Part shown: positions 16,005 through 20,000 of the stretch, piece after piece
How the letters are laid out: each line of letters opens with the position of its first letter
Position numbering within the stretch: the stretch's first letter is position 1
Virus record (IMG/VR): IMGVR_UViG_3300036793_000098
Source of the DNA: an uncultured virus (IMG/VR IMGVR_UViG_3300036793_000098)
Lineage: Duplodnaviria; Heunggongvirae; Uroviricota; Caudoviricetes
Reading direction: 5' to 3' (one strand)
DNA: 20,000 nucleotides
The notes under the pieces: model-generated
What the model was told of the DNA's origin: nothing
The model's database searches: none
What the model saw: the letters and a program-made list of their open reading frames with translations, nothing else
Translations under genes and position numbers: made by a program

Positions 16005-17597
16005 TCACCACAAGTTGGGTACTTTCCGCTTGGCCAGGGAGCCGTGTTCGATGGCCCAACCGCGGGCTTCGTAGGCCAGCAAGGCCGCCATGAACGCCGA
16101 AATGGACTGTGCGTGGCTCTTTTTGACGATCCGCTGGTAGTGCTCCGGCTGCCCGGGGACGCGTTCCTCGGACGTTGAGCGCCGTTTTCCGTTGGCCAGA
16201 GCGGCCCCAGCGGCGTGCATGGTGAGGATTTCCGTGCCGTCGTGGGTCAGTTCGTCGCCCCGATGGGCCGTTTGGAACCGTTCCACGAGCTGATCCATGC
16301 GCAGCTCGGAGTTGGTCCACAGTTCGTAGACCTTTTTCGGGTATTGACCGTCCCAGGTGTTGACCTCGGTCTGCCATCCGGTCGGCGTGCAGAACATGGC
16401 CTCGACTTCGTAGGCTTTGAACGCATCTCGTACCGCTTGGTGGACTTCATCGCGCGGAACCTGCCACTCGGGCTCCCCCGGGGCTCGTTCCCACGTCCTG
16501 AGGTGGTAAATGCGGCCGTCAGACAGCCGTGAGGCGCACAAACTGGTCGCGTCCCGGTTCTGGGACCCGTGGAAGCCCAAAGCGACCTGCTGACGCTTCT
16601 GAAGCGGCTCCGAAGAGTCCCGCTGGGCCGTCCACTTGATCATGTCGACGGCGTCACGCGAGCCGACCGTGACCTCGTTGAGATAGAACCGGCGAGACTC
16701 GCCCTCACCAGTGCTCGGGTCACGGATCTCGTCCATGATCCGCTCTAGACGGACCCATCCGCCGTTCTCGATGGCCGAATCGCCGTACACATGGAGCAGT
16801 TCGGCCCGCAGCGCCTGGTCATCGTCCAAGTCGACGCGCACTCGAGGCTGCCGATAGTCCAGGAACACGCCCGGAGCCTTGGCTTCCCAGGTCATCTGAG
16901 CTACTGAGCGCTCCGATGGGTCGTAGGCGTTGGTGAGCTCCATCCATCGGCCATCCATGCCGGCCAGGCCGCGCTTCATGGTGCGCGCCAGGTTCAGGCC
17001 GCCGCTGGATTCGGTGTAGAGGCCGGACTCAGTGAAGGTGGCGAAGGTGATCCGGGCGCCCAGTCGGCTCTTCGCGGCCGCCGTGACCGGCTCGATACGG
17101 CCACCGTCGGGCAAATTAACCCTGGTCAGGCCCACATCGAGGCCCGGGGTGTTCGCGGCCGGCCCCTCGGACAGCATCGTGAAGATCGGGCGGAACGTGT
17201 TGTCCACCTGATCTTCAGAGTTGGCGGCGCACTGGATCCAGGGCGTTGACATCGGGGCGCCGACAGGCTCCCCGCTCGCGTCCCAGCCGGCGAAGCGCAC
17301 CGGTCCGAGCGCTTGAGCACACGCCTGTGCGGCGGCAAGTGGATCTTTTCCGCTCTTCTGTGGTCGCACCAGAAGCGCGCCGTAGTAGACGAACGCTTGG
17401 CTGCCCATCTCCGGGCGTGCGTTCGGCTTGAGCTGGTACGACTTCATCAGGTGCCACTGCTGCTCAGACGTGAGCAGGAACGGCTCGCCCCGGCGGGGGC
17501 CATCCGGGACGATCAGATTCGCTTCGATCCAGTCGATCACCGTGAAGCCCAGCGTCGGGAAGGCACCCGGGCCGCCGTCTCCCCCGTTCCAAGGCAT
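16005..17597 (-). CDS. terL: Terminase large subunit (ATPase plus apparently degenerate nuclease domain)
   Basis: TLG..VIDWIE, PF.LT.EQ, Walker A RPQKSGKD, AANSEDQ, LTNA coupling motif and RRFYLN; located upstream of the portal. Confidence 0.93.
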   Translation of the reverse strand: MPWNGGDGGPGAFPTLGFTVIDWIEANLIVPDGPRRGEPFLLTSEQQWHLMKSYQLKPNARPEMGSQAFVYYGALLVRPQKSGKDPLAAAQACAQALGPVRFAGWDASGEPVGAPMSTPWIQCAANSEDQVDNTFRPIFTMLSEGPAANTPGLDVGLTRVNLPDGGRIEPVTAAAKSRLGARITFATFTESGLYTESSGGLNLARTMKRGLAGMDGRWMELTNAYDPSERSVAQMTWEAKAPGVFLDYRQPRVRVDLDDDQALRAELLHVYGDSAIENGGWVRLERIMDEIRDPSTGEGESRRFYLNEVTVGSRDAVDMIKWTAQRDSSEPLQKRQQVALGFHGSQNRDATSLCASRLSDGRIYHLRTWERAPGEPEWQVPRDEVHQAVRDAFKAYEVEAMFCTPTGWQTEVNTWDGQYPKKVYELWTNSELRMDQLVERFQTAHRGDELTHDGTEILTMHAAGAALANGKRRSTSEERVPGQPEHYQRIVKKSHAQSISAFMAALLAYEARGWAIEHGSLAKRKVPNLW

Positions 17598-17752
17598 TAC
17601 GCCTCCTCGGGGGCCGGCTTAGATCGCAGCTCGCGGGGCACGTCCTGACGGTCTTTCCATACCCGCAACTCGCGGAGCCTGCGAACGTCGGAAACGGAGC
17701 GCACACCCCGTCTGAGCAGCGCGAAATATTCCTCGCGCTCCGCTCGGGCCAT
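17597..17752 (-). CDS. Hypothetical 51-aa basic protein, possibly similar to the portal C-terminal motif
   Basis: ATG lies 2 nt after the upstream TGA and its TAA overlaps the terL ATG (TAATG), so it is coupled at both ends. Confidence 0.6.
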   Translation of the reverse strand: MARAEREEYFALLRRGVRSVSDVRRLRELRVWKDRQDVPRELRSKPAPEEA

Positions 17753-17754
17753 GG

Positions 17755-18054
17755 TCAGTTCGTGGTCGGGGTGTAGAGCTGGCCGGACATCTTGGCGTTC
17801 GGGACAACCTGCCACACGCCGTTGTTGAACCCGATCCAGTCGCCCGGGTTGATCGAGTACACGTCGTTGTTCCAGATGAACAGCGCGGTGTTGGGAGCAG
17901 CGGTGGTGGCAAGCAACTGGTTGGTGCCGCCGAGCACCGCCGACCAGTCCGTATTAAACGTGGTCGAGAACTGCGCGACGGTAACGCCGGTCGACGCGTA
18001 CTGGGTGAACTTGTAGATCGGCGTGTTGGCCGCGAGGAAATCAGAGGTAGCCAC
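17755..18054 (-). CDS. Hypothetical protein (99 aa, Thr/Asn-rich, PGDWI motif)
   Basis: AGGAG RBS, GTG start, strong GC3 codon bias. Confidence 0.8.
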   Translation of the reverse strand: MATSDFLAANTPIYKFTQYASTGVTVAQFSTTFNTDWSAVLGGTNQLLATTAAPNTALFIWNNDVYSINPGDWIGFNNGVWQVVPNAKMSGQLYTPTTN

Positions 18055-18062
18055 AACAACTC

Positions 18063-18329
18063 CTACGGGACGGGGAACGGGGCGGGCGGATCGGTCAGGT
18101 CACGCACACGCTGAACGGTGATCGGCTCCCCGTCGCGGACCCCGTCCTCCAGCCACACGATCTGGTTCTGCGCTCCGTGGGCGCGACGCTCGATCCAGTG
18201 CGTCAGCAGCACCTCGGACGGGTCGATGCCGTGCTGGGTGAACCAGCCCTGCCACAACGTGACGTGGTCCGGGCTGTCGTGCTGGACGTCCTCGCGGAAC
18301 CAGTCCCGGACGTTGTAGGCGGGAGGCAT
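18063..18329 (-). CDS. Hypothetical protein (88 aa, W...HGIDP..V motif)
   Basis: TGATG-coupled to the upstream gene; strong GC3 bias. Confidence 0.75.
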   Translation of the reverse strand: MPPAYNVRDWFREDVQHDSPDHVTLWQGWFTQHGIDPSEVLLTHWIERRAHGAQNQIVWLEDGVRDGEPITVQRVRDLTDPPAPFPVP

Positions 18330-18715
18330 CAGCTGTCACCCATGAAGGTCCGGAGTTCCTTGCCGTCCAGGTACAAGTAGTGCTCGCACTCCAGCTGCTC
18401 TAGCTCAGCTTCCGCCGCGGCAACACCAGTAGTGTCGACGTAGACCTTGATCGGCTCGTCACTCTCGCCGGACTGACAGGCCGCCTTCAGTGCCTCAACC
18501 TCAGCGATCGCGTCCACAACCTGAGAAAAGTCCACCTCAATGGTCATCTTCGAGTCCTTCAGCGCCCCCAAGAGCGCCTGGAACTCCTCGACCTCAAGGA
18601 TCTCGGGAGTCAGACCGCGGTCTAGCCGGGCGACTGCGCCGAACAGGCGTTCTGCGTTAGCCGGAGAGTGGAGCAGATGGCGGGTCTCGCGCCACGACCG
18701 GAACCAGCGGAACAT
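18329..18715 (-). CDS. Chimeric protein: YefM-antitoxin-like C-terminal helix fused to tape-measure-derived segments (128 aa)
   Basis: TGATG-coupled at both ends. aa 7-34 resemble the YefM C-terminus, and the remainder aligns to the N- and C-termini of the TMP in this window. Confidence 0.8.
   Translation of the reverse strand: MFRWFRSWRETRHLLHSPANAERLFGAVARLDRGLTPEILEVEEFQALLGALKDSKMTIEVDFSQVVDAIAEVEALKAACQSGESDEPIKVYVDTTGVAAAEAELEQLECEHYLYLDGKELRTFMGDS
18481..18594. repeat. Diverged direct repeat of tape measure segment 7731..7844
   Basis: Ungapped hand alignment gives 91/114 nt identical at an offset of 10750 nt, and 31/38 aa identical. Confidence 0.95.
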
Positions 18716-19146
18716 CAGGCGGCTCCGTCCGGGTCCACTGCCTTCAGGCGGAGCCGTGAGACGGGGGCCATCTGTACGTCCGGCATCTCGTCGTCCGCGA
18801 TCTCCCAGTCCAGCGACTTCATGGCGCGTGGGTTGCGGCCGAGGCGGTCCTCGAGCTGTCGCAGCTCGGCATGCATCTGCGCCGAGGCGACAGTGGCCTT
18901 GTGCTCGTAGCGCAGCGCGACAGCCACGTCCACGTAGCGCGCGATGATGTCCTCAATGTGCATACGCACCCAGACCTTGGCCTGTGGAGTGCGCCAGAGC
19001 TTCTGCCACAAGATCTCGTGGAACTCAGTCGCCGCTTCGCCGAACGACCACTCGGGGATCGGGCCGTCGTAGCCGTCCAGCGGGAGCTTCGGCGTCGGGA
19101 GGTTCCGGCGCAGGCGCTGGCCCTCCGGTTTACGTGGTGCTGGCAT
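18715..19146 (-). CDS. terS: Terminase small subunit (actinophage type)
   Basis: GGAGG RBS before ATG 19146. The pattern P.P.....RRN...LP..G..GP.P.W...W..LWRTPQA..W...ELRQLEDRLG..P..M..L.WEI is typical of actinophage TerS. Confidence 0.85.
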   Translation of the reverse strand: MPAPRKPEGQRLRRNLPTPKLPLDGYDGPIPEWSFGEAATEFHEILWQKLWRTPQAKVWVRMHIEDIIARYVDVAVALRYEHKATVASAQMHAELRQLEDRLGRNPRAMKSLDWEIADDEMPDVQMAPVSRLRLKAVDPDGAA

Positions 19147-19936
19147 GTGCCACCTCCCTGGCATTCCTGGCTAGAGCCAGGTAGTCCGCGGCCTTTAGCA
19201 AACGCGTGACGTCATCCCTGAAAAATCCAAGACCTACATTGCAGGACTTGCATAGAAGTCCACGAATGCAGCTCCCGCAAGACGCAGCCGCCGCGCAACA
19301 CGAATGATCGTGGTCTACGTGGTACCCCTCAGCTAGATCGTCGCCACACGCGGCGCACGAACCGTCCTGAGCCGCCAGTAAGGCGTCTAACTCCTCGCGG
19401 GTCGTACTGTGCTGGGACGCAACGACGCAAACCCGGCACATGTGCATCAACCCATCCCGGGAAGCAACATTCCTGCCGAATTCCGCCTCCGGAGCCCACC
19501 TCGCGCACCTATGGCACTGTTTGTTGCCGCCCTCATCGCGCGCCAAGGAGGGGCGCGGGCGCACTACAGGGCCCCGACGCAGCCGATTAGCGCGATCTTG
19601 ATTCCTGCTCTTCCGGTTCGTACAGGGGCGGCACGTGTTCATTAGTCCATCGAGCCTGGCGGCGTCACTGCCAAAGGAGTCCTCTGCGAACCAGAGGCGG
19701 CATAATGTGCACCGCTTGTTGCCGTTCTCATCGCGCTGCGCACCCCCGGTGCGGGGCTGGTTCTTCCCGGCAAGCCAGTTCCGCTCACGCTGTCTCTGAG
19801 CGATGCAAGGGCGGCACTTCCTCGCTAGCCCATCGGGCTTACGAGCATCACGCCCGAATACGGCCTCTGGACGCCACCGGAGACAGCTCGCGCATCGCCT
19901 CAGGTCATTCGCGCTTAGTTCCAGGGAATGCGCCAT
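19130..19936 (-). CDS. Endonuclease VII-domain (His-Me finger) protein with three N-terminal CxxC...CxxC zinc-ribbon repeats
   Basis: C-terminal Q.G.CAAC...HVDHDH.CC....CG.CIRGLLC..CN.GLG.F.DD...L..A..YL; GGAGG RBS; more A/T-ending codons than neighbouring genes. Confidence 0.9.
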   Translation of the reverse strand: MAHSLELSANDLRRCASCLRWRPEAVFGRDARKPDGLARKCRPCIAQRQRERNWLAGKNQPRTGGAQRDENGNKRCTLCRLWFAEDSFGSDAARLDGLMNTCRPCTNRKSRNQDRANRLRRGPVVRPRPSLARDEGGNKQCHRCARWAPEAEFGRNVASRDGLMHMCRVCVVASQHSTTREELDALLAAQDGSCAACGDDLAEGYHVDHDHSCCAAAASCGSCIRGLLCKSCNVGLGFFRDDVTRLLKAADYLALARNAREVAHASTT

Positions 19937-20000
19937 CGCGCTAGCGCCTCCCTTGATCTTTTTAGTTTGGGAACCGTACAGACCGTTAGAAACCGGGACG

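Larger units (their letters stand above)
1..20000 (-). mobile_element. Siphovirus-type phage/prophage packaging, head and tail module, extending beyond both window edges
   Basis: Continuous co-oriented terS-terL-portal-protease-capsid-neck-tail-TMP order. No host genes, integrase or att site are visible, so free phage and prophage cannot be distinguished. Confidence 0.95.

Noticed and set aside
15991..16377. 5' extension of track ORF 15829..16377
   Set aside because: It overlaps terL out of frame. The strong RBS and hydrophobic product point to a start at 15990.
18481..18594. Repeat pair with 7731..7844 as a diversity-generating retroelement TR/VR
   Set aside because: Mismatches are not confined to adenines of one copy and are largely third-position. 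No reverse transcriptase is in the window, and the target is not a C-terminal variable domain.
1..20000. Gene transfer agent, tailocin or contractile system
   Set aside because: No sheath or contractile baseplate genes. A full head module with terS, accessory ORFs and a long TMP fits a siphophage. Domestication cannot be fully excluded without flanking sequence.

Overview
High-GC, actinobacterial-type phage or prophage. The whole window is one minus-strand morphogenesis operon of an HK97-fold siphovirus. In transcription order (right to left): endonuclease VII-domain protein, small terminase, four small inserted ORFs, large terminase, small membrane protein, portal, small beta-rich ORF, prohead protease, major capsid, head/neck genes, major tail protein, HK97-gp10-like protein, tail assembly chaperone with a GGGAAAA -1 frameshift, tape measure, distal-tail-like protein and tail-tip genes. 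The last gene (1323 to <1) runs off the left edge and is absent from the supplied ORF track. Four oddities stand out. (1) The intact TerL appears to have lost three conserved nuclease aspartates and the Walker-B aspartate. (2) A gene between terS and terL fuses a YefM-antitoxin-like helix to a diverged copy of this phage's own tape-measure N- and C-termini; a possible portal-fragment mini-ORF lies nearby. (3) A DUF5047-like tail gene appears split in two by an inserted cassette. (4) The first gene of that cassette appears to start at ATT. Family assignments come from motif recognition by eye and from memory; no searches were run.
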